Assembly: GCA_040218735.1 (NCBI GenBank)
Contig: JAVJQW010000042.1
Coordinates: 279,948 to 343,947 of the forward strand
From: Deltaproteobacteria bacterium
GTDB lineage: Bacteria; Myxococcota; Kuafuiibacteriia; Kuafuiibacteriales; Kuafuiibacteriaceae
DNA: 64,000 bases
Direction: 5' to 3'
The notes under the pieces were generated by a model. The model ran no database searches. It saw nothing but the letters and a program-made list of their open reading frames with translations, and was not told where the DNA came from. The first letter of the stretch is position 1. Every line of letters starts with the position of its first letter. Position numbers and translations under genes: made by a program. Below, piece after piece: positions 31,092 to 42,000 of the stretch.

Positions 31092-32164
31092 GCGCGGCGG
31101 TTTCGACCACCGTCGCCGAGCTCGCGGCGCTCGTGGACGGGGAGCTCGTCCGCGGCGACGGTGCGCTCCCGATCCTCCGCGTCATGCCGACGGATCGCGC
31201 CGACCAGGGCGCGGTCACGTTCGTCACGCGGCCCGAGTACCTCGCGATGCTCGCGGGGACGAACGCGTCGGCGGTGATCATCGCGCCGGACGTCCTCGAG
31301 CGGGACGACGTCTCGATCCCCGAGCAGGTCGCGGTTATCGCGGCGAAGAAGCCGTACGTCGCGTTTGCGAAGGCAGCGCAGCTGCTCGCGAAGAAGGTTC
31401 CGGCTCCGGTCGGCGTGCACCCTGCGGCGGTAATCGAGGACGGCGCAGAGCTCGGTGCGGACGTCGCGATCGGTGCGTTCTGCGTCATCGGGCGCGGCGC
31501 GAGGATCGGCGACGGCGCGGTCCTGTACCCCGGCGTGCACGTGGAAGCGGAGTCGACGGTCGGTGCGGGCTCGGTGCTCTACAACCACGTCGTCGTTCGG
31601 CACGGATGCCAAGTCGGCGCGCGCTGCATCCTCCACCCGGGCGTAGTGGTCGGCTCCGACGGCTTCGGCTTTGCGTTGTCGGTCGACGAGTCCGGCGTCC
31701 CGGCGCACCACAAGATCCCGCAGGTCGGCGACGTGGTGTTGGAGGACGACGTGGAGATCGGCTCCAACAGCTGCATCGATCGCGGCGCGTTGGGCAGCAC
31801 GACGATCGGCACGGGCACCAAGGTCGACAACCTCGTGCAGATCGGACACAACGTCACGATCGGACGCGGGGCCATCCTCGTCGCGCAGTCTGGTGTCGCC
31901 GGATCCAGCACACTCGAAGACGGCGTGATCCTCGGCGCGCAGTCCGGGATCTCGGGCCACCTCACGATCGGCGCGGGCGCGGTGGTGCTCGGGCAGGCCG
32001 GCGTGATGAAGGACCTCGAGCCGAAGGCCCAGGTCGCGGGGACTCCCGCCGAGCCGAAGGGCGACTTCTTCCGCAAGGTCGTTCGGTTGGGAAAGCTTGA
32101 CTCACTCTTTTCGCGGGTGAAGAAGCTCGAAGCCCTCGCGTCTCGCGAGGGATCTTCGTCATGA
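31088..32164 (+). CDS. lpxD: UDP-3-O-(3-hydroxyacyl)glucosamine N-acyltransferase
   Basis: Hexapeptide repeats, [28 protein letters not shown]. Confidence 0.96.
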   Translation: MSAAVSTTVAELAALVDGELVRGDGALPILRVMPTDRADQGAVTFVTRPEYLAMLAGTNASAVIIAPDVLERDDVSIPEQVAVIAAKKPYVAFAKAAQLLAKKVPAPVGVHPAAVIEDGAELGADVAIGAFCVIGRGARIGDGAVLYPGVHVEAESTVGAGSVLYNHVVVRHGCQVGARCILHPGVVVGSDGFGFALSVDESGVPAHHKIPQVGDVVLEDDVEIGSNSCIDRGALGSTTIGTGTKVDNLVQIGHNVTIGRGAILVAQSGVAGSSTLEDGVILGAQSGISGHLTIGAGAVVLGQAGVMKDLEPKAQVAGTPAEPKGDFFRKVVRLGKLDSLFSRVKKLEALASREGSSS

Positions 32165-32652
32165 CCCTGCTGAACCTGAGCCAGATCAAACAGTACCTCC
32201 CCCACCGCTATCCCTTCCTGTTCGTGGATTCGGTCGAGGAGCTCGTGCCCAACGAGTACATCATCGCCAAGAAGGGCGTGACCGGGAACGAGGACTTCTT
32301 CAACGGCCACTTCCCGGGCAACCCGGTGATGCCAGGGGTGCTGCAGATCGAGGCGATGGGGCAGGCGGGTGCGCTGCTCGCGATCATGTCCGGCGCGAAG
32401 CTCGACGAGGAGACTTCGATCTACGTCACGAGCATCACCGACTGCCGCTTCAAGAAGCCGGTGGTGCCGGGCGACATGCTCGAGCTGCGGTCCAAGGTGA
32501 TCCGACAGCGCATGGGCGTGTGGAAGCTCGGGTGCGAAGTGCGCGTCGGCGGCGACATCGCGTCGATGGCGACGGTGACCGCGACCTCCGGGCCGAAGGT
32601 GAAGCAACCGGAGCTTCCGGCCGACTTCCGAAAGCCGATCTTCAACGACTGA
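32161..32652 (+). CDS. fabZ: 3-hydroxyacyl-ACP dehydratase
   Basis: [31 protein letters not shown]. Confidence 0.96.
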   Translation: MTLLNLSQIKQYLPHRYPFLFVDSVEELVPNEYIIAKKGVTGNEDFFNGHFPGNPVMPGVLQIEAMGQAGALLAIMSGAKLDEETSIYVTSITDCRFKKPVVPGDMLELRSKVIRQRMGVWKLGCEVRVGGDIASMATVTATSGPKVKQPELPADFRKPIFND

Positions 32653-32670
32653 AGTTCCAAGGAGCAAACG

Positions 32671-33468
32671 ATGGCCGACACGAACATCCACGCGAGCTCG
32701 ATCGTCGACCCGAAGGCGGAGCTCGGCGAGGGCGTGACGGTCGGACCGTTCTCGATCGTCGGGCCCCACGTGAAGCTCGGCGACGGCGTGAAGATCCACT
32801 CCCACGCGGTCATCGACGGGCACACCACGCTCGGCCGCGAGGTCCAGGTCTATCCGCAGGCCGCCGTCGGGCTGCCGCCGCAGGATCTCAAGTACGACGG
32901 CTCGGCGACGACGCTCGAGGTCGGCGACCGCACGGTGATCCGCGAGTGCGCGACCCTGCAGCCGGGGAGCATCGGCGAGGGGTGCGGCGAGACCGTCGTC
33001 GGGAGTGACTGCCTGATCATGGCGTACTGCCACGTCGCGCACGACTGCCGGATCGGCAACCGCGTGATCATGGCGAACGCAACCCAGGTTGCGGGCCACT
33101 GCACGATCGAGGACTTCGTGATCCTCGGCGGCGTGACGACGGTGCACCAGTTCGTCCGCATCGGGACGCGCGCCTTCACCGGCGCGTCGACGCGCGTGGT
33201 GATGGACATCCCGCCGTTCACGACGGCGGACGGGCACCCGGCGCGCCTCGTTGGGCTGAACCGCGTCGGGCTGGAGCGCGGCGGGATGCCCGAGCCGGTG
33301 CGGCGTGCGATCAAGCAGGCGTACCGCGCGATCTTCATGCGCGGTCCGTACGCGGACGCGCTCGCGGAGGTCGAAGGGACCCTCGCGAAGGAGCACGAGG
33401 AGGTCGCGTACTTCTGCAACTTCCTGCGCGGCTCCGAGCGCGGCGTGACGCGCGGACGCAAGAAGTAG
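32671..33468 (+). CDS. lpxA: UDP-GlcNAc O-acyltransferase
   Basis: PQDLKY, MAYCHVAHDC, VHQFVRIG, GLNRVGL. Confidence 0.96.
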   Translation: MADTNIHASSIVDPKAELGEGVTVGPFSIVGPHVKLGDGVKIHSHAVIDGHTTLGREVQVYPQAAVGLPPQDLKYDGSATTLEVGDRTVIRECATLQPGSIGEGCGETVVGSDCLIMAYCHVAHDCRIGNRVIMANATQVAGHCTIEDFVILGGVTTVHQFVRIGTRAFTGASTRVVMDIPPFTTADGHPARLVGLNRVGLERGGMPEPVRRAIKQAYRAIFMRGPYADALAEVEGTLAKEHEEVAYFCNFLRGSERGVTRGRKK

Positions 33469-34616
33469 TGCGTGTCTTCATCAGCGCGGGGGAGGCCAGC
33501 GGCGACGCGCTTGGCGCCGCGCTGGTTCGGGAGCTCAAGGCCCGGCGGCCGGATCTCATCGCTTACGGCATGGGCGGGCCGCGAATGCAGGCCGAGGGGT
33601 TCGAGGTCGTGAAGTCCTCGAACGAGCTGAACGTCGTGGGTTTGTTCGAGGTGCTACGGCACCTGCCGCGGCTGTTCCGCTTGCTCGACGAGCTCGCGCG
33701 CGCCGCCATCGCGGGGAAGCCGGACGTCGCGGTGCTGATCGACGTGCCCGACTTCAACGTGCGCCTCGCCCGGCGCCTCACGCGCGCGAAGGTTCCGGTG
33801 GCGGGCTACGTCGGACCGTCGGTGTGGGCGTGGCGCGCGGGGCGGACCAAGACGTTCAAGCGGTGGATGAACCGGATGCTGGTGCTGTTCCCGTTCGAGG
33901 TCGACGTTTGGCGCGACGCGGGGATGGACGTGGAGTGCGTCGGTCACCCGCTGCTCGACGAGGTGGCGCCGGCGCCGATCGCGCTCGCGAAGCCGCGGGT
34001 GGTGGCGTTGCTGCCGGGGAGTCGGCACTCGGAGATCAAGCGGCACCTCGAGGTGATGCTGCGGACGGCGAAGCGCCTGCGCGACGACGGGTTGGTGGAT
34101 CGCTTCGTCCTCCCCGTCGCGCCGACGCTCGACCTCGACGCGCTCGCCGCGCGCGTAGACGAGCACGGGTTGTCGGAGGTCGTGACGCTCGTGGAGGCGG
34201 ACGCCGAGGCGCGCCGGAAAGCGATCGCGGAGAGCTCCGTCGCGTTGGTGGCGAGCGGTACGGCGACGCTCGAGACCACCTTGGTCGGTCGCCCGCAGGT
34301 CATCTTCTATCGCGTGAACTGGCTGTCGTTCTGGATCGGCCGGATGCTGATGAAGGTGAAACACTTCGGCCTCCCGAACATCATCGCGGGGCGGGAGATC
34401 GCCCCGGAGCTGCTGCAGGGGGAGCTCAACGTCGACCGGCTCTACGGTGAGGCGCAGAGGCTCCTCGCCGACGAGCAGGCGCGGCAAGTTGCCTTGCAAG
34501 GGGTCGAGGAAGTGCGCGAGCGCCTCGGCGAGGCGCGTGCCGCCGCGCGGGCGGCGGAGGCGGTGCTGGCGATGGTGCCGGAAGCCCTCCCGGCCGGGGA
34601 TCACTCCGGACCGTAG
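33468..34616 (+). CDS. lpxB: Lipid-A-disaccharide synthase
   Basis: AGEASGD, IDVPDFN, PSVWAWR, VGHPL, LLPGSR, SGTATLE, LPNI, PELLQ. Confidence 0.96.
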   Translation: MRVFISAGEASGDALGAALVRELKARRPDLIAYGMGGPRMQAEGFEVVKSSNELNVVGLFEVLRHLPRLFRLLDELARAAIAGKPDVAVLIDVPDFNVRLARRLTRAKVPVAGYVGPSVWAWRAGRTKTFKRWMNRMLVLFPFEVDVWRDAGMDVECVGHPLLDEVAPAPIALAKPRVVALLPGSRHSEIKRHLEVMLRTAKRLRDDGLVDRFVLPVAPTLDLDALAARVDEHGLSEVVTLVEADAEARRKAIAESSVALVASGTATLETTLVGRPQVIFYRVNWLSFWIGRMLMKVKHFGLPNIIAGREIAPELLQGELNVDRLYGEAQRLLADEQARQVALQGVEEVRERLGEARAAARAAEAVLAMVPEALPAGDHSGP

Positions 34617-34659
34617 AAGCTGATGTTCAGCCGGTGCGCGGCGACGCGATGACTTCAGA

Positions 34660-35871
34660 TCATCGCAGGCCTTGGATCTCTGCGGCGATCCCGGACATCG
34701 AGAAGGCGACGGAGAACGCGTCCTGCGCCCGCGGAGACTGTACGCAGCTCTTTGGATCGTCGGGATCGACAGGGAGGATCGTGTTGGCGGGGCACGATGC
34801 GGTCGCGCTCGGGCAGACCGGGTTACCGGTGCCGTCGCAGCAGAGATCGACGAGGCCGTCGCCGTCGCGATCGAAGAAACACTCCCGCCCGTCGCCGTCC
34901 ACGTCGATGTCCGGGTCCTGGAGTCCCTGGGAGCGGACGAGGGAGTACAGGTCGTCGGCGAGGGCGACCGGACACCGTGGTGAGACGGTCCTGCAGTAGG
35001 GGTTCCTGTTCGACGCGAGGTTGCCCACCGGCATCGCGCCGGCGAGGACACCCGCAGTCAACGTGAACATGCCCTCGTCGATCACGCCGGTGAAGGACGC
35101 GTTGAAGAGATCGACCACGAACGTCGGCGGCTCACACGCCGAGGGGATCACACGCGCGTTCACGGCGTGTGTGGTTTCGATGCGGTAGTCGACGATACGC
35201 GCGGGGATGCGGGCGGTCGGCTGTCCGTTGCCGTCCAGTCGGCTGCTCCGCACGAGGAACTGGCAACAGGTCGTGTGTCCCGGCGGGACCTTGAAGTTGT
35301 TCGCGGGGAAGAACGGATCGTCGGCGTCGGCGAGGACGTAGATCTTGATCGTGACGGATCGATCGTAGCCGCGGAACGGGGTCGTCAGCCCCGCGATCTC
35401 CACGCCGATGAGCGTCTCGCCGCCGAGCAACCCTTGTCGGATCTGGTCGTTCGCGAGGTCGCCCAGCGGTGCGAGCGCATTGTCGAGGCACACGCCGTTG
35501 CGGCACTTCCCGTCGACGTTCGCGCCGACCGTCGCTGGCGCGATGGCCACCGTGTTGATCACGAACGTGGGGCCCGACGCGACGGGGTCGTCCCAGCCGT
35601 CGGGCGGGAAGGGCGCCTCGCCGGTGCACTGTTCGAGCGGGATCTCTTCGCGAACGCAGCGGCCGTTTTCGTCGCAGAAGGGTTCCGTCGAACAGCACAC
35701 GCTGCTGCCGTCACACGCGAAGGACGCGCAGTCCGAGGCGACGGTGCAGTCGCTCACGCACGCGCCGCCTTCGCAGTAGGTGCCGGACGGGCATGACGAT
35801 TCGGTGCAGGTGTCGCTGCAGGCGGCGGCGAGCAGCAACGCGAGGACGGCTCCGCGGACGATCGGCGGCAC
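34660..35871 (-). CDS. Cys-rich lipoprotein with DxDGDG Ca-binding-like loops
   Basis: LAAAC lipobox, many Cys, DIDVDGDG and DRDGDG. Confidence 0.75.
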   Translation of the reverse strand: MPPIVRGAVLALLLAAACSDTCTESSCPSGTYCEGGACVSDCTVASDCASFACDGSSVCCSTEPFCDENGRCVREEIPLEQCTGEAPFPPDGWDDPVASGPTFVINTVAIAPATVGANVDGKCRNGVCLDNALAPLGDLANDQIRQGLLGGETLIGVEIAGLTTPFRGYDRSVTIKIYVLADADDPFFPANNFKVPPGHTTCCQFLVRSSRLDGNGQPTARIPARIVDYRIETTHAVNARVIPSACEPPTFVVDLFNASFTGVIDEGMFTLTAGVLAGAMPVGNLASNRNPYCRTVSPRCPVALADDLYSLVRSQGLQDPDIDVDGDGRECFFDRDGDGLVDLCCDGTGNPVCPSATASCPANTILPVDPDDPKSCVQSPRAQDAFSVAFSMSGIAAEIQGLR

Positions 35872-35886
35872 GGCCGCAGTATGCCT

Positions 35887-36693
35887 CTACTCGGGCGTTG
35901 GCTGCGAGGCGGGCTGCGAGGCCGGAGGCGCGGGTCGGGACGACGGGTTCTTCGGCGCGCCGAGCTCCGCGAAGGGGTCCTCGTCGAACATCATCGAGAC
36001 GTCGTTGGCGCCGGCGAGGCCTTCGATTTCGAACGGGATCAGCCAGTCGTGCTTCGTCGAGATCTGCGCCCCCGTCTGCAGGGTCTGGTAGCGCTCCCAG
36101 GTCACGGCGAGGCCGCCGACGGGGATGATGTCGACCCACATCTTCCAGCGGTTCGGTTTCCAGCGGCCGTCGTGGAAGAAGAGGTACTTGTCGCCGGGGG
36201 TCACGCCGCCGGAGCCGTAGCTCACGAGGAGCGCCTGTTTGTTGCCTTCGAGCTCGACGATCTCGCGCGTGACACCTTCGTTGAAGAAGGTGGCCATCGG
36301 GTTGAGCCAGAACGTGTCGTTGACGAAGCGGACGTTGGCTTCTTCGAGCGCCGCCTTCGCTGCGTCGCCCTCGACTACTTCGCCCTTCACGCGCACGATC
36401 CCGCTGCGGTCGTCGAGGCGCATCAACACCTCGGTCTCACCCCAGCGAATGCGCGCGTAGCGGCGGTTCCGATCCCACACGTGTTGGAAGCGCCCACCGA
36501 AGTCGAAGCGCACGATGCCGGTCGCGTTCCACCGGTCCATCTCCACGGCGCCCTGCATTCGGCGCGCGAGGAGGTCGGCGAAGGGGCCCGCCTTGCCGGT
36601 CGGCGGTGCTTCGTCGGCGACGACGATCGTGATGACGAGCGCGGCGACGAGCACGAGGAGGAGGGCGGCGATGCGAACGAGCCAACGTTTCAT
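35887..36693 (-). CDS. Membrane-anchored conserved hypothetical protein
   Basis: N-terminal TM; NDTFWL, GGVTPGDKY motifs. Confidence 0.7.
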   Translation of the reverse strand: MKRWLVRIAALLLVLVAALVITIVVADEAPPTGKAGPFADLLARRMQGAVEMDRWNATGIVRFDFGGRFQHVWDRNRRYARIRWGETEVLMRLDDRSGIVRVKGEVVEGDAAKAALEEANVRFVNDTFWLNPMATFFNEGVTREIVELEGNKQALLVSYGSGGVTPGDKYLFFHDGRWKPNRWKMWVDIIPVGGLAVTWERYQTLQTGAQISTKHDWLIPFEIEGLAGANDVSMMFDEDPFAELGAPKNPSSRPAPPASQPASQPTPE

Positions 36694-36782
36694 CGGGACC
36701 TTCATCAACCGCAAGGGGCGCCGCATGTAAACCGATGGCGCCGGTGGCGCTCGCCGGGGGCGTCTGGTAAGCGGGCGGGGTC

Positions 36783-37487
36783 GTGCGCACCGTCATCTGC
36801 ATGCCCACGTACAACGAGCGCGAGAACCTCCCGTCGCTCCTCGAAGAGATCTTCGCGACCGTCGAGGGCGTCGACGTCATGGTCCTCGACGACAACTCAC
36901 CCGACGGGACGGGCGCCGCGGCGGATGGGTTGGCCAAGAAACACAAACGCCTGCAGGTCGTGCACCGGCCGGGGAAGGCCGGCATCGCCGCCGCGTACGC
37001 GGACGGGTTCGCGCGTGCGATCGAGCAGGGCTACGACCGCATCTTCCAGATGGACGCGGACTACTCCCACCAGCCGCGTTACCTGCCAAAGCTGATCGAG
37101 GCGCTCGACCGCGCCGACATGGTGATCGGATCGCGTTACGTGGAGGGGGGGCGCGTCGAGCAGTGGTCGGCGCCGCGTCGCCTGCTGTCGCGCGCCGGAA
37201 ACACGTACGCCAACACGCTCCTCGGGCTCCCCTACCGCGACGCGACGGCCGGGTTCTGCGGGTACCGCCGGCACGTCCTCGAGGCGATCGAGCTGGGGTC
37301 GAGCACGAAGGACAACCACGCGTTCCAGGTCGAGCTGAAGCTCCGCGTGCACGAGAAGGGCTTCACGATCGTCGAGGTGCCCATCGTGTTCTGGGACCGC
37401 GTGGTGGGGGCGTCGAAGCTGCCGCCGCGCGCGGCGCTCGGGTCGGCGATGCGGATCCTGCGCCTGCGTATCAAAGGCACCGACTGA
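36783..37487 (+). CDS. Polyprenol monophosphomannose synthase-like GT2
   Basis: PTYNEREN, DDNSPDGT, QMDADYSH, VIGSRYV, DATAGF. Confidence 0.92.
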   Translation: MRTVICMPTYNERENLPSLLEEIFATVEGVDVMVLDDNSPDGTGAAADGLAKKHKRLQVVHRPGKAGIAAAYADGFARAIEQGYDRIFQMDADYSHQPRYLPKLIEALDRADMVIGSRYVEGGRVEQWSAPRRLLSRAGNTYANTLLGLPYRDATAGFCGYRRHVLEAIELGSSTKDNHAFQVELKLRVHEKGFTIVEVPIVFWDRVVGASKLPPRAALGSAMRILRLRIKGTD

Positions 37488-37495
37488 ACCGCGAC

Positions 37496-38875
37496 GTGGA
37501 CAAGAGGGCCGGTCTCGTCGTCGTCGGCGCGCTCATGATCGCGGCGGCGTACTGCCTCCCGCCGGCGTTCGACGAGGTCTACTACTGGACCTGGGCGTCC
37601 GCTCCGGGGTGGACGTACTACGACCACCCGCCCGGCGTCGCGTGGGCGATCGCCGCGGCGCGTGTGGTGTTCGGCGACGGGCTCCTCGCGCTTCGTGTGG
37701 TCGGGCTCGGTGGTGCGGCGGTCGTTGCGGTCGCCTCCGTCGCGTCGGCGCGGCGCCTCGCAGACGATCCGCGCGATGCAAGCTACCTTGCGCTGCTCAC
37801 CCTCGCGGGCTCGATGATGTTCGTCATCGGCTACCTCCCGGCGACGCCCGACGTCGTCCAGGGGGCGGTGCTCGCGCTCGCCACACATGCGTTGATCCGG
37901 TCGCGGACCTCGCGCGTGGCGGCGGTGGTGGCGGCCGCGCTGTTCGTCGGAGGCATCGTCGTCAAACACTCCTCGGCGCTGGTGTTGATCGGCGTGGCGG
38001 CGACGCTCGTGATGCGCCGGCCGCGGGTGTTCAACTCGCCCTGGCCGTGGTTGGGCGCTGCGCTCGGCGCTGCGCTCCTCGTGCCGTGGTGGCTCGCGGA
38101 CACCGAGGGCTCGACCGCGTTCCAGGCGGCGCGCGTGTTCTCGGCGGCGAAGGTCCGCGGCGTGGTCGGGGTGCCGCTGACGGTCGGCGCGATGTTGCTG
38201 ACGCTCGGCGTGCCCTTCACGGTCGCGTTCTTCGCGCTGCCGATGCGCCGCCTCTCGGTGGTGGAGTCCGCGCTGACCGCCGGCGCGTGGTGCCTCGTGT
38301 TGGCGTGCGCGGTCGCGGCGTGGCTCGGGACGGGGGAGATCAACTGGGTAATGCCGGCTCTGGTCGTCGCGCTGCCGGTGGCCGTCGCGCGCCTGTCGGC
38401 GAAGCGTCGGAGGCTCTACGTCGTGGTGACCGCGGTGACCGCCGCGGTCTGGGCGGCCGGGCTCCTCCACATCGTCACGCCGTATCTCCCCCTCGAGCCC
38501 GCGAAGGACCGGACGCTCCGCTCCGCGGGGTTCGACGTGATCGCCGCCGAGGCCGAGGCGCTCGCCCGGACCCACGGCGCCGACACCCTCGTCGCGCGTC
38601 GCTACCAGATCGCGAGCATGATGCGGTTCTGGACCGCCGACCGGCTCGCCGTCTACGAGCTCGGGACCTCCCGCGAGAGCCAGTACGACCGGTGGCCGCG
38701 ACCGCCGCTTCGGGCGGGGGACCGCGCCGTGGTGGTGCTCCCCACCCAGCGCCTCCCGGACGGCCTGACGCCGATCGGCCCGGCGACGCGGGTCGAGCAG
38801 ACCCGAGCCGGCCGGGCCCTCGGCACGTACGTGCTCACTCCCGTCGTAGTCTCGGCGGAATTTACCCGGCAGTAA
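37496..38875 (+). CDS. GT-C (PMT/ArnT-family) membrane glycosyltransferase
   Basis: DEVYYWTW..YYDHPP motif and many TM helices. Confidence 0.85.
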   Translation: MDKRAGLVVVGALMIAAAYCLPPAFDEVYYWTWASAPGWTYYDHPPGVAWAIAAARVVFGDGLLALRVVGLGGAAVVAVASVASARRLADDPRDASYLALLTLAGSMMFVIGYLPATPDVVQGAVLALATHALIRSRTSRVAAVVAAALFVGGIVVKHSSALVLIGVAATLVMRRPRVFNSPWPWLGAALGAALLVPWWLADTEGSTAFQAARVFSAAKVRGVVGVPLTVGAMLLTLGVPFTVAFFALPMRRLSVVESALTAGAWCLVLACAVAAWLGTGEINWVMPALVVALPVAVARLSAKRRRLYVVVTAVTAAVWAAGLLHIVTPYLPLEPAKDRTLRSAGFDVIAAEAEALARTHGADTLVARRYQIASMMRFWTADRLAVYELGTSRESQYDRWPRPPLRAGDRAVVVLPTQRLPDGLTPIGPATRVEQTRAGRALGTYVLTPVVVSAEFTRQ

Positions 38876-38971
38876 CGCGGGGCGTCACGTGCGTGGGGCG
38901 CTGAATCGCCTGCGTGTCCAGCGGATGGGCCACAAATCCCCGTTCTGACCGCGTCTTGGGCGCGGAAGCGG

Positions 38972-38999
38972 ACAACAACTGACGTCCGCGCGCCGATAT
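38972..38999 (+). promoter_or_regulatory. Sigma-28-like promoter
   Basis: ACAAC-N15-GCCGATAT, 60 nt upstream of ATG 39059. Confidence 0.6.
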
Positions 39000-39058
39000 C
39001 CTACATAACCTGACAAGGTGCGAAGGTGTCGTACCAGTTCAGGTGACGGGCGGCACCG

Positions 39059-42000
39059 ATGGGATTCTTGAACCGAGCGCTGGGGTGGAGGCCGATTCGA
39101 ACGTCGGCCGTCGCGCCGACGCACGCTCGGCCCGCCGACCAGACGGCCGCCACGCCCGTCGCCCCGGTCGTCGTCGAGGGGGCGCCGTCCGAGCTGATCA
39201 GCCCGCACCGCCTGCGGCTGACGAACGACGACGGCGAGATCGTCACCCGACCGGCGAGCAACTACTACGTGCACGAGGACGGGAGCCGGCGCCCGATCGT
39301 CGACGACCTCGCGAAGCTCGTGCTCAGCCGCCCGGCCGAGGCGCAGCGAATGTTCGCCGACCGCATCACGCGGGCGCACGCCGACGCAGAGATGTCGTTC
39401 CGCGTGAAGGACCCCGAGACCGGCGCCTACGACAAGGTGTTCGAGGTCCCGTGTCACCCGAACCCCATCCCCCTCGAGCAGCGGCACTTCGACGCGCTCG
39501 TGGAGTCGACCGGCCCCGTGATGCGCTCGCTGCGCGAGCTGCTCCAGGTCTTCTACTCGAAGCCCGACGCCACCGCGGAAGACCTCGGCCTCGCCGACCT
39601 GCCCGCTGAGGAGCGCGACCGGTTGATGGAGACGATACGCGGGTCGGTCTACTTCGAGCCGAAGCTCGTCGACGCCAACATGGCCGACTACCCGTTCCTC
39701 TCCGTCGCCGGGTTCGACGCTGCCGTCGGTGACCTCGACGATCCGGATCCCATCTTCTTCGAGTTCAACCTCGGGACGCCGAGTGGACTGTCGAACAACA
39801 TCCAGCTCCTCGAAGTCCTGCGCGAGCAGGACCCCGAGATGTACGAAGTGCTCCGGCAGCGCCTCCCGAAGGACGAGACGTTCACGATCCTCGCGGATGC
39901 GATCCGCTCCAACGCAGAGGCGTGGACGAAGCGCCCCGACGGCATATCCGTCGTCATCGGCCCCGGCGTCGCGAACGGCGCGCACCCTGACGTCGCGTCG
40001 ATCGCACACTACTCCGGGATGCCGCTCGTGAACCCGAGCGACCTCTACGAAGACCACAACGGCGACATCCGGCTCAACACGCCGAACCTCGAGCCGCACC
40101 CGTACGTCACCGGCATCTACGGGCGCATGGAGGAGTCGTACTTCCTGCAGGACAGCGACGCCGGCTACCCGATCCGCGACCCGCACCTCGTCGACTCCGA
40201 AGCGCTGTCGAAGCGCCTCGGTGTGAAGCTCGAGCCCGGCATCCTCTACGACTTCGTCTACGACGAGCAGGACCCGGAGAAGATCGTCGACGTGAAGAAG
40301 GACGCCGAAGGGCGCCCGCAGCTCGCGAAGGTGTTCGAGTCGATCGGCCAGGACCCGGCGCGGCCCGACGCGAAGCGCGGCAGCTTCGCCGACGCGATCA
40401 AGAACCGAAAGCTCTACTACAGCGGTCTGGGCGGGCGCGTCGTCGATGACAAACGCGTGTTCCAGGCGATATCGCGCTACGTCGCTCCGCGCCACTTGCG
40501 CTCGGACGGTGAGCCCATCGCCCGGCCGCCGCGCACGCTCGACGTCTCCGAGTACGAGCAGTTCTATTCGAGCGAAGACCTCACGCGCTTCGTCGTGAAG
40601 GCGCCCGATCGCTCCGGCGGCGACGGCGTGATGTTGATGTGCAACCTCACCGAGGAGAAGCGCCGACAGGTCGTCGAAGAGGTCCGCGCGAACCCGTCGC
40701 AGTTCATCGTGCAGGAAATGGTGCCCTCGGCGGTGACGCTCTCGCCGGAGCGCGGTGAGGACGGCAAGCTCGGGCTCGGCTCGCTGATGACCGACTGGCG
40801 CATCTTCTCCGCGATGGACGCCAACGGTGATGTCCGTGCCGGTGCGAACTCACTCCTGCTGCGCGTGGCGAAGGCGGCGTCGGCGTCGACGAACACCTCG
40901 CAGGGTGGCGGCTACGGCCTCGGCACCGTGCTCGCGCCGCCCGGAGAAGGCGCGGTTCGCAAGCCCGGCGAGTCGCTGCTCCCCACGCCCCCGAAGCACG
41001 CGTTCCTGACCCAGTCGAAGGTCGACGAGCTCGACGAGTGGCTGAAGCTCTTCGCGTTGGTGCTCCAGTGGTCGGACCCGGAGGCGGGTAACGAGCTTCA
41101 GCCGATCGGGAACGCGACGTTCCTCGCGGATCGGCAGCGGGGCGTGATGGAGCTGCTCGGCCGCGACTTCGCGGACGTGATGCCGCTGCTGCGGCGCTAC
41201 GACAAGGGCGAGGAGACGCAGGAGACGGTGCACCTCACCCTGCTCGAGCTGCGCAACCGGCTCCTCGCGCACGACGACTTCCCGGTCGACGGGGTGCAGG
41301 CGATCATCCGCAACCACCTCGGCACGTACCTCCCGCCGCAGACCGCCAAGGTCGAGGGGCCCGCGCCGCAGCCGCGCACCGAGAGCCTCGCGAAGCTGAA
41401 GCTGACGGAGCTCGACTCGCCGCGCGCGATCTTCGAGGCCAAGTCCGGTGATGTGACTTCGGTTGTCTTCGAGACCGCGACGTACGCGGCGCCTCCCCCC
41501 GCGATCGTCGCGGCGAACGAGCGCCTCGCGAAGTTCGGCGGCGAGGTTCGCTTCGTGCGCGAGAAGATCGACGGAGCGTGGAGTGACTTCGCCGCGGCGC
41601 CGCACTTCCGGGTCGAGGACGGCGTCCCGTTCGTCGGGCTCGACGTTACGCAGCCGAACGCGACGTCCGCGCTCGCACACCAGATGGCGTACTTCGAGGT
41701 GTTCGAAGAGAGCGTGCAGTCGCTCGTGCGCGACGGGGTGGAGCCCGACCTCGCCGCGAAGATGGCGGGGGTGATGACGAAGGACGTGAGCCTGTGGGCG
41801 CGTGCGGAGCGGCGCGGCATCAAGGCGGCGATCGCGACGGACCTCGCGGACACCTCCGAGCTGAACCGCAGCGACTACTTCCGTCCGACGACCCCGCGCG
41901 ACCCCGGTTACGCATCGCGCGTCGGGCACGTCGACGTCGAAGCGATTCGTTCCGTGCTGTTCGCCGGGAAGGTCGACGGCGACCTCGACGTCAAGCTCGC

